Positions 50,292 through 59,884 are shown, counted from the stretch's first letter. The stretch: DNA of 64,000 bases from a virus (IMGVR_UViG_2974720701_000001:35518-99517), one strand, 5' to 3'. Notes: a model not told the origin generated them from the sequence alone. Made by a program: numbers and translations.

Positions 50292-50896
50292 AAAAAGATC
50301 CAAACATGTGGACAATAACATTCATTGTATTAGTTATTGCCTCATTGTTTTTTATGAATATAAGATGTGATGACTTTTACATCGACAACCCACCTAATGT
50401 TATTAGAATAGAGAAGCATAAAGATTACATGGGTAACCATAACGATGGTTCATCACGCTTCCAATGGTGGTACAACGGCTATACTGAAGACGAATGTGCT
50501 CCAGGCAGGTGGTTCAGGAATGAACGTAACTGTAAAAAGATCGTCGTTTACATGGACGATGGACGTGTGTTATGTACTCATAATGCATTAGATGTTGAGC
50601 AAGGATGGTTGACACGTGACGATAAGTTTGTTCATTCACAGCCAAAAGAGCTTGGGTGTTGTAAGTGTATATGCATATACGCATACAAGGCGCATGATAT
50701 CAATATCATAGCTGATGAAGTACAGAACTGGATTGAAGATCTTTATTTAACAAGGTACTATTCAAACTTCTTTGCCAATAGAGTATATGTAAAGGACGAT
50801 GGGCACATTAAGTTGATGAATAAGGATGAATGGCTAGTGCTCAAATGGGAGCTAAAAGATAAATTAATTGATATGTATTGGTATAATCGCAAATGA
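50288..50896 (+). CDS. Hypothetical membrane-anchored/secreted Cys-rich protein
   Basis: ATGA overlaps at both ends. N-terminal hydrophobic helix WTITFIVLVIASLFF; Cys cluster CCKCIC. Confidence 0.6.
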   Translation: MKKDPNMWTITFIVLVIASLFFMNIRCDDFYIDNPPNVIRIEKHKDYMGNHNDGSSRFQWWYNGYTEDECAPGRWFRNERNCKKIVVYMDDGRVLCTHNALDVEQGWLTRDDKFVHSQPKELGCCKCICIYAYKAHDINIIADEVQNWIEDLYLTRYYSNFFANRVYVKDDGHIKLMNKDEWLVLKWELKDKLIDMYWYNRK

Positions 50897-53800
50897 AAAA
50901 GTTTATAAAGAAGATCGACGGTGGGCTAGACCTTGACGTACAGATTGAGCGTCTAGGGGTAAATAAGCTATCTGATGCGATCAATGTATCTAGTCACAAT
51001 TTCAACCGTAAGCAAGGAGAGCTTAATGCCTCACTAGGCTTCAGCAATGATGGCTGGTCATTACATAGTAAATGCCTAGGCCAGACCATTGGTGGGATAG
51101 AGAAGTGGAGCATGGCTAATTCTGCCGAGCTGTTCTCTAAATGTGTGTTTGTTCACTCGCATGATGCTGGTGATCAATCCTTCATTGTTGCTAATGGCTT
51201 GCTTGGCACAAACACTAAGTACACTGCTTTCTACACTGCCGAGAGGCATAAGGCCGATGTACCAGAGAAAGTGCCTGAGCAACTAGCAGACCATAATGTA
51301 TGGAACCTCACTGAGGTGTATGTGCATGAGGGTGAGTTCATTGATGAATCATTCTCTTTCGCTACCTACTCGTTCTACGAGGAGAAGTTCATGTTCATCA
51401 CCAAGGATAATTTCGCTATGCGTGTGCTTGTCAATGGTGCTAATGTCAAGACTGAGCTCACATCCTTCAACTACGACCCATTACGTGAGTCATCACCGAT
51501 AATCAAGAATGTACGTACCGGACCATCTATGGCTATACCATCCATGACCAGGTATGTGTATAGGATACTGTATATCGATGGTACACACGGCCCATTCTCA
51601 TCTGTATCGAACATTATCACCATACCAGCCGACTATCCTGAGGAGTGGTCAAGTGATGAGACAATGAAATGGTCTGACCCTAAGTACGCTAGGCTAATCA
51701 AATCTAATATCCTTGTCACTGTACATGTTGATGTGCATGCTGAGGAGAACGTTGCTCGTATAGAGCTATATGCTATGCGTTATATCACTAATGAAGGTCT
51801 CTCACCAGGCCCAGCTATCGTTGAGCTTGTTGGTGACAGCGCTAATGGTAAGATAATAGACTTTATCGATGGTGTAGCACACTTCCCTACTGAGGTGACT
51901 AACTCAGATATAGAGGTTGAGGTACTCATCCCACCTGTGTTCGAGTCTGGTGCTGTATGTGCTATCAAGGACGAGATACTCTATGTTGGTAACACACGTG
52001 AACACCTTGACTCAGACACTAAGAACGCTGCTTTTGATGCGTGGGACGCACGTGTATGGCAGCTCAATAGTGATAAGAAAGCTATTGACTCAACAGGTAC
52101 TGAGTACACACTAGAGCAACTATATGAGCTAACCACATCACCTACATGGCTACAGATACAGAACTGTCTACTTGGTAGAGACTCAAGCACCTCAACCATA
52201 CCACTCCTTGATAATGCAGGCCAGCCAGGTGCAATAGGGAAGAACATCCACATAGGCTTCATCAAAGGCAAGCTAGAGGTTGGTGGTGTATACCCAGAAG
52301 CTTATCAGTCTCAATCACCAACAACAACCAGCTATGGCATGAGCTACGAGAACTGTAATGTAGCCTCATACTTCCGTGGTCTATGTGCACCATCACACTC
52401 ATCTGGTATGGATACATACGATGGTCAATGGTACGCAGACAATACCACCAAGGCTGGTGTATCTACACAGAAAACTGTTGACTTCACTGATGGTGAGGAT
52501 GCGTATGTAGCATCACAGGACTTCGCTAGTGATGGCGAGCCATTAGGACACTCCTTCGCTAACCCACGCTTCGCCTCTAGGTATAGAAGTATGCAGCACG
52601 ACAGTGTATACCGTATAGGTATCTACTTCATTGATGAGCGTGAGAGTGCGTCACAGATCAAGTGGCTAGGAGATATACGTACACCATCCCTGAACACTTA
52701 TGGCTTCCGGCTATGTGATAATGCTCGCCCAGTAGATAATGGCAAAGCTGTGACATGGAAGAGCAACACCTACACCCAGTTCACTGAGATGGTCATGTAT
52801 CCTATCTATATGCTTGTCAAGCTAGGTAGTATACCTGCACCATACACCAGAGCACGTATTGTCTATGCTAAGCGTGAGCTATACAACCGCAATGTCATCC
52901 TCACTGGTGTCATGCATGCATTAGCTAACCCTATTGAACCTCAGTACCTACAGAACAGACACTTCCGTGACTGTCAGCGCCACTCATTACCACCATTACC
53001 ACATATCAACAGCAGTCAATGGTTCTTTGGTGGACGTGAGGGGATAGTATCTTTTGATGGTACCAATGCTGGTAGTGATATGCGTTGGGCTATGTCCGAC
53101 TCACACACGCCAGGACAGAACGCTGATGTGTCTACCCTGAACGTGGATGAGAACTACGTCTATGCAGGTGTATGGCGCACACTCAAGCCATCATCTAAGG
53201 ACGAGCGTGTGATGAAGATGCTAACAGCTATCAGTGATAACTACTTGAATATCAAGAACCCACCTGCTATGACTGAGTCAGCGTTACCATGTAGTGGTGC
53301 CACAGCCACAGCAGTGTTAGGTGTCAAGGGTGTAGTAGGAGACTTCACTTCCAAGGTCACACGCACAGAGGAGCATAGCAAGACCAGTGCAGATGGCACA
53401 ACAACATCATCTAGTGGATGGTCTGAGACTGAGTCACATACACCAAATGAGCAGAAGCACTTTAACATGGTCTGTTCAGCACGTTTCCGTGCACACCCAG
53501 TGGAGATCAACGCCATGACAGCAGGTACAGCAAGGAAGAGGTTATACAATTTCTACGCTCCTGAGCTAGACCATACGGATGATGCTGACAACCCCTTCAT
53601 CAGCTCCATGGCTGAACAGAACATCTCTTTTGCTAGCGACCATTCAGTATGCACACACGCGTTCCTCACATCCCTCATGGCATCTACTAGCCTAGGTAAG
53701 GAGATAGCTGCAGTGCATTCCATACAGAACAAGACTGCTGATCGTAACACACGTGGTGAGTCATGGGTACACTCTATGGGGTACTTCCGTGATGCACAGC

Positions 53801-56800
53801 TAGTGACTAACGAATACAGCAATACCAAGTACGACCACAACACGTTCGCAGGTACTAACTATGCTGGCATGGAGACCTACTGGGTCACATCAGGCATAAC
53901 CAGACAGCCTAGGGCAATCAACTTCTACGAAGACACTGAGGGGTATAAGGATGACATGGTCAAGACCTTCAACTCCTCTGTCTCACTCAAGACAGCTAAG
54001 TACTTCATCATGTGGGACCAGCTACAGGGTGGTGAAGATGTAACAACACTCAACCTAACTATCAAGGCAGGCAGGTACTCACCATCACCTATCAAGCTCA
54101 GTGAAGACATGTTCCAGTACCTATGGCCATGCACGTTCTCTGCACATGTCCCTCCAGCATACCCTGGTGGTGCTTTTCCACAGAAGATTGAAGCGGTAGA
54201 TGTAGGTACGAACTCATTTGTTAATATATGCCCACTATGGTCAGGTAAGTTCATCCCTACCCACGCCTTTGGTGAGGCTAAGAGTCTTATGTTTGCTGAG
54301 ACTATGATGTACACTGAGATGACAGATAAGAGCAGGAATCATATGTTCTCCTTGTACCGTACAGCCATGGCAACAAGCAAGTTCAAGAAATCATCCTCTA
54401 CCATCAGTAACCTCTATGGCTGCCCATTTGGTTTAGCCTGGGCTAATAGGGATGCGTTCATCACACCACTATCTGACCATGGAGCAGAGAACTTCGTTGA
54501 TGTAGACAATATCAAGTTCGGTGATGGTGCAGATGGCAAGGCTAACAAACCATTTGCTAAGAGCAAGTTCGTCTATGACAGCGCACGTGTGCATTATCCA
54601 TACACACTACAGACACCTAGCAGACTATACTCACCACTAACAAACAGAGACATCATCGTCAGCTATGGTAGTGGCTACCCAACAAAGAACGACTACGTGT
54701 TCCCTGATGTGTCATGGGTGAACTATATCAGCCTACTCAATGACTATATCCCACCATTCTGTTTCGGTGGCTACACCTCAGGCTCATCACCAGTGTTCCC
54801 TAATGGCAACTTCAAAGGCATGATAGCAGATATGTACGATGATGTCAGCAAGGTCGTTAGAGAAACCATGGGTCCAGGCACATCACCAGACACCTTTGAG
54901 AACTTCACCATGACACTAGACCTAGTCAGTGGGCTTAACTACCATGGGTACGGGGGTAATGCGATAACATTTGATTTTGATAGTAACATACCAGCCTTTG
55001 AAGATAAGTTCCGTGTCTCGCACGACAAGAGTGGTCATCACCTGTTCAAACGTACTCATGGAGCTACATCAGCATGGGGTGGGGATTACATGGTTCATTA
55101 CAGTACTGCTGATAGCCAGGTCGAACCAGACTATCTTGATCATGCTATACACCGTGCATCACATGTTGTTCTTTCTACCGTACGTTCTAAGGTCGTGCCA
55201 TTCAAGAGTGACTATATCGAGATGGCTGACTGGATCGAGTGTGCACCAGAGAGTGAGATAACACTCAATGAGGATGGTAACCCAATAGCTACCATCATAA
55301 CAGGTTTTGACATGTTCGTAGGGATACATAAACGTATGTATATGAACGCTTTCTATGCTAATGGTGTTGGTGCACGCTCAGATGCATCACTATCATCATC
55401 AGCACCTATACAGATGATGTTCCCTACAGAGACGATGATCAACCTTGACATTGCTAACCCATGCTCAGAGCTACGCAGCCCAGCGAACAGGAACAATGCT
55501 ATCACACCACGTATATCCCACTTTGCTGGGTATAAGTTCCCTATTGCTGGCTATACACAGAAGAAGAAAGACTTCACCTACAACAGCGTGTTCTCATCTG
55601 AGTTCAGCAGCAAGAACCAACTCGTTGTTAATCAGATGATTAGGCGTGAGGTGTTCTTCAACAGGCTATGGTACGCCACCTTCAACCACAATGCAGGGCG
55701 GTTCAACGCTTTCAAGGCGGGGGATAGCATTGACCTAGACAGACAGTACGGGGCTATCACAGGTATAGTACCTAGCATGGACAGGCTTGTTGTCTTACAA
55801 GAACGTGCTATGTGTGTGCTTAACCCATCACAACCAACGGTATTAGCTGATGCAGCACAAGAACAACGACCGGTATATATAGGCTCAGGGAGGCTCTTCG
55901 CTTCAGGTATACGTTACACCACCACTGACTCGGGCATGGCTAAGGGCGACCGTGCATACCCATTCCTTGAGAAGGTCTACTGGGTTGACAGGGATAACCA
56001 ACGTATCATGCGGTTCAATCAGGAAGAGACAGCAGATATAAGTACCATACATGGTGTACGATCATGGGTTAAGGACATACTCACTGTACAGCCTCAGGCA
56101 CCATACCGTATGCATGAGCTAGAGGATGGTAATAGGAGGCTGGCTTTCAATCATTCCCGTGAGCTATGGGGCACCTTCAAGTTCAGGCCATGGGTACAAC
56201 GTAACTGTATGGAGATCAATGAGTCACGTGATGCGTTCATGTCATTCATCACCATTGGCGCACCGATAGTATCTAATATATCAGGTAAGAACATGTACCT
56301 CTACAATGCACATTTCATCACTGATGATTCAGAGCCTGATGGACGTAATGACAGGGAGTACACTAACAGGGTCTTCAGTGATGGGCGTTATGATGCGTAC
56401 TACTACTACGAGGATAGAGACGTAGACCCATCAGTAGGTATGTTCATCAACCCTATGGGGGATATCAAGACAGACAAGGAGTTCAACGGTATCAGCGTGC
56501 CTATCGTGGGTACAGGCGAGAAGAGGCTCGTGTTTGATATGGAGATGAAGCTCATGCCTGAGGATGCAGGAGGGTTATTAACTGTCAGACGATGCATGCA
56601 GACATTCATGTACCCATACACCACCAAGGATAATAAGGGTGAGAAGATGACTGATGATGCTATAGTTAGCTTGGTTGAGAACCAGGTACCTAAGGTTATC
56701 TCTGATGCTATCATGCATCCTAAGACCGGTGCAGCAATAGACGGGTTCACCAGTAAGGTGCTTAAGCAGGTTAAGAAGACCGACATGGTCAATCAGCATG

Positions 56801-57150
56801 GTCGTCAGCTAGGCACAGCAGTACCTTTTGGTTACTATGTGTACGTACCACTTAACAAGGTTGATCAACAGTCTGAGGTGTATCGTATGATGAAACCATT
56901 CATTGGTAACACGCCGGTAGATGCGTTCTACACAGTCAATATACCTATCCGGGGGTTTGGTTTTCATCTAAACATGCGTATGCATGACTTTAGTGAGAGC
57001 AGCACTAACATGCTTGGACAGAAGTTCGATACTAAGGTGTTTAGGGTCCCAACCAACCTAGGTGTACGTACGCGTATAGAAGCGTATTTCAACGATATCA
57101 GTGTAGCCTACGCAGCACTTATTGAGCATGAGACAGAGACAGGAGGGTAA
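50893..57150 (+). CDS. Muzzle / tail stabilisation protein (P22 gp10-like, crAss Tstab)
   Basis: IDGGLDLD...DAINV start, YVYRILYIDG...FS, IKDEILYVGN, RSMQHDSVYRIGIYF, FKAGDSIDLDRQYGAIT and VYWVD...IMRF match the crAss muzzle pattern. Confidence 0.8.
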   Translation: MKKFIKKIDGGLDLDVQIERLGVNKLSDAINVSSHNFNRKQGELNASLGFSNDGWSLHSKCLGQTIGGIEKWSMANSAELFSKCVFVHSHDAGDQSFIVANGLLGTNTKYTAFYTAERHKADVPEKVPEQLADHNVWNLTEVYVHEGEFIDESFSFATYSFYEEKFMFITKDNFAMRVLVNGANVKTELTSFNYDPLRESSPIIKNVRTGPSMAIPSMTRYVYRILYIDGTHGPFSSVSNIITIPADYPEEWSSDETMKWSDPKYARLIKSNILVTVHVDVHAEENVARIELYAMRYITNEGLSPGPAIVELVGDSANGKIIDFIDGVAHFPTEVTNSDIEVEVLIPPVFESGAVCAIKDEILYVGNTREHLDSDTKNAAFDAWDARVWQLNSDKKAIDSTGTEYTLEQLYELTTSPTWLQIQNCLLGRDSSTSTIPLLDNAGQPGAIGKNIHIGFIKGKLEVGGVYPEAYQSQSPTTTSYGMSYENCNVASYFRGLCAPSHSSGMDTYDGQWYADNTTKAGVSTQKTVDFTDGEDAYVASQDFASDGEPLGHSFANPRFASRYRSMQHDSVYRIGIYFIDERESASQIKWLGDIRTPSLNTYGFRLCDNARPVDNGKAVTWKSNTYTQFTEMVMYPIYMLVKLGSIPAPYTRARIVYAKRELYNRNVILTGVMHALANPIEPQYLQNRHFRDCQRHSLPPLPHINSSQWFFGGREGIVSFDGTNAGSDMRWAMSDSHTPGQNADVSTLNVDENYVYAGVWRTLKPSSKDERVMKMLTAISDNYLNIKNPPAMTESALPCSGATATAVLGVKGVVGDFTSKVTRTEEHSKTSADGTTTSSSGWSETESHTPNEQKHFNMVCSARFRAHPVEINAMTAGTARKRLYNFYAPELDHTDDADNPFISSMAEQNISFASDHSVCTHAFLTSLMASTSLGKEIAAVHSIQNKTADRNTRGESWVHSMGYFRDAQLVTNEYSNTKYDHNTFAGTNYAGMETYWVTSGITRQPRAINFYEDTEGYKDDMVKTFNSSVSLKTAKYFIMWDQLQGGEDVTTLNLTIKAGRYSPSPIKLSEDMFQYLWPCTFSAHVPPAYPGGAFPQKIEAVDVGTNSFVNICPLWSGKFIPTHAFGEAKSLMFAETMMYTEMTDKSRNHMFSLYRTAMATSKFKKSSSTISNLYGCPFGLAWANRDAFITPLSDHGAENFVDVDNIKFGDGADGKANKPFAKSKFVYDSARVHYPYTLQTPSRLYSPLTNRDIIVSYGSGYPTKNDYVFPDVSWVNYISLLNDYIPPFCFGGYTSGSSPVFPNGNFKGMIADMYDDVSKVVRETMGPGTSPDTFENFTMTLDLVSGLNYHGYGGNAITFDFDSNIPAFEDKFRVSHDKSGHHLFKRTHGATSAWGGDYMVHYSTADSQVEPDYLDHAIHRASHVVLSTVRSKVVPFKSDYIEMADWIECAPESEITLNEDGNPIATIITGFDMFVGIHKRMYMNAFYANGVGARSDASLSSSAPIQMMFPTETMINLDIANPCSELRSPANRNNAITPRISHFAGYKFPIAGYTQKKKDFTYNSVFSSEFSSKNQLVVNQMIRREVFFNRLWYATFNHNAGRFNAFKAGDSIDLDRQYGAITGIVPSMDRLVVLQERAMCVLNPSQPTVLADAAQEQRPVYIGSGRLFASGIRYTTTDSGMAKGDRAYPFLEKVYWVDRDNQRIMRFNQEETADISTIHGVRSWVKDILTVQPQAPYRMHELEDGNRRLAFNHSRELWGTFKFRPWVQRNCMEINESRDAFMSFITIGAPIVSNISGKNMYLYNAHFITDDSEPDGRNDREYTNRVFSDGRYDAYYYYEDRDVDPSVGMFINPMGDIKTDKEFNGISVPIVGTGEKRLVFDMEMKLMPEDAGGLLTVRRCMQTFMYPYTTKDNKGEKMTDDAIVSLVENQVPKVISDAIMHPKTGAAIDGFTSKVLKQVKKTDMVNQHGRQLGTAVPFGYYVYVPLNKVDQQSEVYRMMKPFIGNTPVDAFYTVNIPIRGFGFHLNMRMHDFSESSTNMLGQKFDTKVFRVPTNLGVRTRIEAYFNDISVAYAALIEHETETGG

Positions 57151-57159
57151 AAGATTACG

Positions 57160-57194
57160 CTTGCAAAACGGGTAGGAATGTGTTATTATTGCAG
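57160..57194 (+). promoter_or_regulatory. Candidate Bacteroidota housekeeping-sigma promoter (cTTG-N20-TAttaTTG)
   Basis: CTTG at 57160-57163 and TATTATTGCA at 57184-57193, one mismatch in each box against the TTTG-N19-21-TAnnTTTG consensus. The same bases also read as TTGCAA-N17-TATTAT. Confidence 0.45.
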
Positions 57195-57258
57195 ACCATA
57201 AACTTCCAAAGACACTTTTGTAATTTTTCTATTTTCTAACAAACCTGTATTTCACTAT

Positions 57259-57289
57259 AAGCCAGGCTTCGACTCCTGGCTTTCTTTAT
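57259..57289 (+). terminator. Rho-independent terminator (+ strand)
   Basis: Stem AAGCCAGG / CCTGGCTT with loop CTTCGACT, followed by TCTTTAT. Confidence 0.7.
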
Positions 57290-57300
57290 GTATAGGCAAC

Positions 57301-57335
57301 AAAAAAAGGAGATGGTATGAGTTGCATCTCCTTTT
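57301..57335 (-). terminator. Intrinsic terminator for the minus-strand operon (probably bidirectional)
   Basis: Perfect 11-bp stem AAAAGGAGATG / CATCTCCTTTT with a 10-nt loop. A7 on the + strand gives a U7 tail on the - strand. Lies between convergent genes. Confidence 0.75.
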
Positions 57336-57417
57336 CCTGAAATTATAAAAAATTACTATGAAATACTAAAATAAATGTTTCTCAATACTATGGTAATAAT
57401 GAGATAACAAATATACC

Positions 57418-57792
57418 CTACTTACTATCTTTTGTCAAGTCTTTTTTAGATTTTTTGTTATAAGTCTTTGGCTTTGATTCTGTTATAGTTTTCTCCATCT
57501 CCTTACGCACTTCTTCAGCACATTCTTTTACTGTCATTGGCTTATCTTTCCTCTGTGCTGCATCATTGAACTTCTTCATTGCTTCCTTCACACGGTCACA
57601 GTGTTTCTTTCTTATCTCTTCAGCGCGTTCATTTGATAGTGTATCTTCCTTAGGCTTACATGTGTCATTGCATTCTTTATTACAGTCTTTTTGATGGTTC
57701 TTAAAGCATTTGAATGCTATGAATAACAGCACCACCAGCACTATACCAGCAATCACTTCTACTCTCCACAATTGTTCGAATTTGTTCATCAT
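57418..57792 (-). CDS. Small single-pass membrane protein (possible lysis accessory, spanin/holin-like)
   Basis: TM helix VIAGIVLVVLLFIAF followed by a Cys-containing, Lys-rich helical tail. ATGA-coupled to the upstream gene; function inferred only. Confidence 0.55.
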   Translation of the reverse strand: MMNKFEQLWRVEVIAGIVLVVLLFIAFKCFKNHQKDCNKECNDTCKPKEDTLSNERAEEIRKKHCDRVKEAMKKFNDAAQRKDKPMTVKECAEEVRKEMEKTITESKPKTYNKKSKKDLTKDSK

Positions 57793-59066
57793 AATGGTTT
57801 ACGTCTTCTAAATTTTGTTAATGTATAAGTTAATAACACTTGGGGCACATCCAAGTCATACCTGTATTTAAATAGTGCCTTCGCCATGGCTATCTTGTTA
57901 TCGTCTTTAGCCATGAACTCTGTAAATGTCTTTATATCAAGCAGCTCATGCTTATGCTTTTTTAGTTTCTTTATTATCTCCTCATCCACCTCATACACCT
58001 TCAGCATATCCTCCACATCCTTGTTATGATGCTGTGCATACATGCTAAACCTGTTATATACAGCTCTTATCGCATTCAATGGGTGGGGGAACAATGATGC
58101 TTTCTTCATTAGGGGGCAGTAGTGTGGCACACTATCGTACTTCACCTCTGTCGCATCCTCAAATAGCTTCTTCAGCTTCTTCCTCTGTCTGAACATACGC
58201 AACCGTGATGGTTTGATGTTAAAGCAAAAGAATGGGTATGACAATGGCAAATGTGGCTTCTCACGTTGATTGTGGATGTACTCACTGAAATGTTTAACAA
58301 TTACATATACCCACTCAGCTGATGTCTTATATGGCGCGTCAATGGCATCTGCAGCCTTCATAACCCATGGGTACTCACTGAGGAAGCTCATCCATCCTGT
58401 ACGGCTACGTAAGAGCCTATTTGATGGAGGCATGAGCAGGTCATTGATCTCTTCTATCTTATAGTCAGATATATCCGGATACAGGTTATACACCTCATCC
58501 TTCACCATTGCTTCCTGTTGCAAACCGAACATCATCTTTATCCCATGTGGTGACTTAAGTAACATACGGTACATGCTATGCTTAATGCCTATCTCACTGT
58601 GTATACGTAGATAGAACATCTTACCAGCTGGTTCTTCCCTATACACCATCTTACCGGTCTTCTTTGTTTCTATCCAGTCTATACGTTTCTTATAGTACGG
58701 CATCATATCTCCCAGGCTGCGTCTATAACGTACACAACCTATCACACCTATTGTCTCAGGTAGCATTATTGGATGGCCTTGTAGGAGGTATGATAACATC
58801 TCCCTACTAGCTACCCGGTGCCATTTGCAGAATGTGCCCCATTCACGTAGGTGCTTCTGGGTCTCTTTTGTTATTATCTCTCTACATGCAGAGAAGTAGT
58901 TATTAAGAGAGTATGATGGCGCTCTGAATATCTTCTCTAATGCGTGTATACGCTCATTTGTCCATTGGACGTCATTAGCATCTTTAATGTCCAGTTGATC
59001 CGTATCCTCCTTTTCCTCTCTCTGTTTCCGTGAGTTCACCTGTTTGGTTCCATTCGACTGTTTCAT
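57789..59066 (-). CDS. crAss-type IHF/HU-like DNA-binding protein, apparently two IHF-like units fused
   Basis: LLQGHPIMLPETIGVI...KKRIDWIETKKTGKMVY matches the crAss IHF-like gene-54 pattern. A second unit, VMKAADAIDAP...VYVIVKHFSEYI...LSYPFFCFNIK, is weakly similar to the gene-53 type. Confidence 0.6.
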   Translation of the reverse strand: MKQSNGTKQVNSRKQREEKEDTDQLDIKDANDVQWTNERIHALEKIFRAPSYSLNNYFSACREIITKETQKHLREWGTFCKWHRVASREMLSYLLQGHPIMLPETIGVIGCVRYRRSLGDMMPYYKKRIDWIETKKTGKMVYREEPAGKMFYLRIHSEIGIKHSMYRMLLKSPHGIKMMFGLQQEAMVKDEVYNLYPDISDYKIEEINDLLMPPSNRLLRSRTGWMSFLSEYPWVMKAADAIDAPYKTSAEWVYVIVKHFSEYIHNQREKPHLPLSYPFFCFNIKPSRLRMFRQRKKLKKLFEDATEVKYDSVPHYCPLMKKASLFPHPLNAIRAVYNRFSMYAQHHNKDVEDMLKVYEVDEEIIKKLKKHKHELLDIKTFTEFMAKDDNKIAMAKALFKYRYDLDVPQVLLTYTLTKFRRRKPL

Positions 59067-59424
59067 ATTTCACTATTATTAGTTGGGCTATACGATAGCC
59101 TGATTTTATTTCTAGTTCATCCTTCCTGCTCGTATTGAACAGGGTAACCATAACTTCTCCTCTATAGTCTGAGTCTATCACACCCGGGCTATTAGGTATT
59201 ATAACACCTTGCTTGCATGCCAGTGAGCTGCGGGGAACTATGAAACCCACATAGCCATCTGGTATAGCAAGGTATAAGCCTGTCTTAAATGTCCACTTAT
59301 CTAATGGACGTATACGTATTGAATCTTTGTTTCCTGGCAGTATAGGTACTAGGTCCATTCCTGCTGCTCCTGGTGTCTGCGCTTGAGGCATACATCCAGT
59401 GGTGCTATATGCATTAATAATCAT
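58984..59424 (-). CDS. dut: Trimeric dUTP diphosphatase
   Basis: All five motifs are present: AAGMDL, PRSSLA, GVIDSDYRGE, RIAQL and RGKGGYGSTG. Confidence 0.96.
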   Translation of the reverse strand: MIINAYSTTGCMPQAQTPGAAGMDLVPILPGNKDSIRIRPLDKWTFKTGLYLAIPDGYVGFIVPRSSLACKQGVIIPNSPGVIDSDYRGEVMVTLFNTSRKDELEIKSGYRIAQLIIVKYETVEWNQTGELTETERGKGGYGSTGH

Positions 59425-59645
59425 CTTTTATCCCTTATTTCTATTTCCAAGCCTAGTAGGTCCAACAGCTTAAACAGTGTATGTGTTGTTGTCTTACCCG
59501 ACTCTTCGATGTTTCTAATAAGCACGCTGTTCCATCCAGCATGTTTTGTACGCCCTCTCAACACTATATTGTGTATGCTCTTACCCTCACGTGTTCTACG
59601 TTCCTTCAGGCAAGCACCAAGGGCTTTTATATCTGTTATTATCAT
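59421..59645 (-). CDS. XRE/HipB-like helix-turn-helix protein
   Basis: Start reassigned to the ATG at 59645 (ATGA overlap with the upstream stop). IKALGACLKERRTREGKS...IRNIEE...TTHTLFKLLDLLGLEIEI is HTH_3-like. Confidence 0.7.
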   Translation of the reverse strand: MIITDIKALGACLKERRTREGKSIHNIVLRGRTKHAGWNSVLIRNIEESGKTTTHTLFKLLDLLGLEIEIRDKR

Positions 59646-59884
59646 GATAGCGGTAATGTTTGCCATGCTGTCCATGTACCATCTTCCTTGCTCCGTCTAC
59701 GTTGTACTACAGGTGAGTCACCTGACTCATCAATCATGAATTGTATCACTTCCTTGCTGTTCTTTGTATCATTAGTCACAGCTAGTACATGTGTCAGTGC
59801 ATTCTCTCTGTACACACTATATACGCCGGTAGCTTTTATCTGGTCGGCTTCAGCCCTGGGGTCTTTTAAAAATGTTCTTTTCAT
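59642..59884 (-). CDS. Stand-alone tail-fibre knob-like (pyocin-knob-like) domain protein, copy 2
   Basis: ADQIKATGVYSV...VLAV...VIQFMIDES...QRR...GTWTAW; paralogue of 60770-61117. Confidence 0.55.
   Translation of the reverse strand: MKRTFLKDPRAEADQIKATGVYSVYRENALTHVLAVTNDTKNSKEVIQFMIDESGDSPVVQRRRSKEDGTWTAWQTLPLS

Noticed and set aside
415-56799. Numerous minus-strand ORFs of 60-190 aa opposite the virion genes
   Set aside because: They lie wholly antisense to long coupled genes, have Ser/Leu/Ile-rich shadow composition and show no motifs.
1-57150. Genome-wide TAG or TGA stop-codon reassignment, as in some crAss lineages
   Set aside because: Genes of up to 10 kb are open in the standard code, and TAG (784, 17895) and TGA in ATGA overlaps end genes at sensible places. 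Only one suspicious TGA (32028) exists.
59646-59675. Longer start of the HTH gene at 59675
   Set aside because: The ATG at 59645 forms an ATGA overlap with the upstream stop, matching the coupling pattern of the operon.
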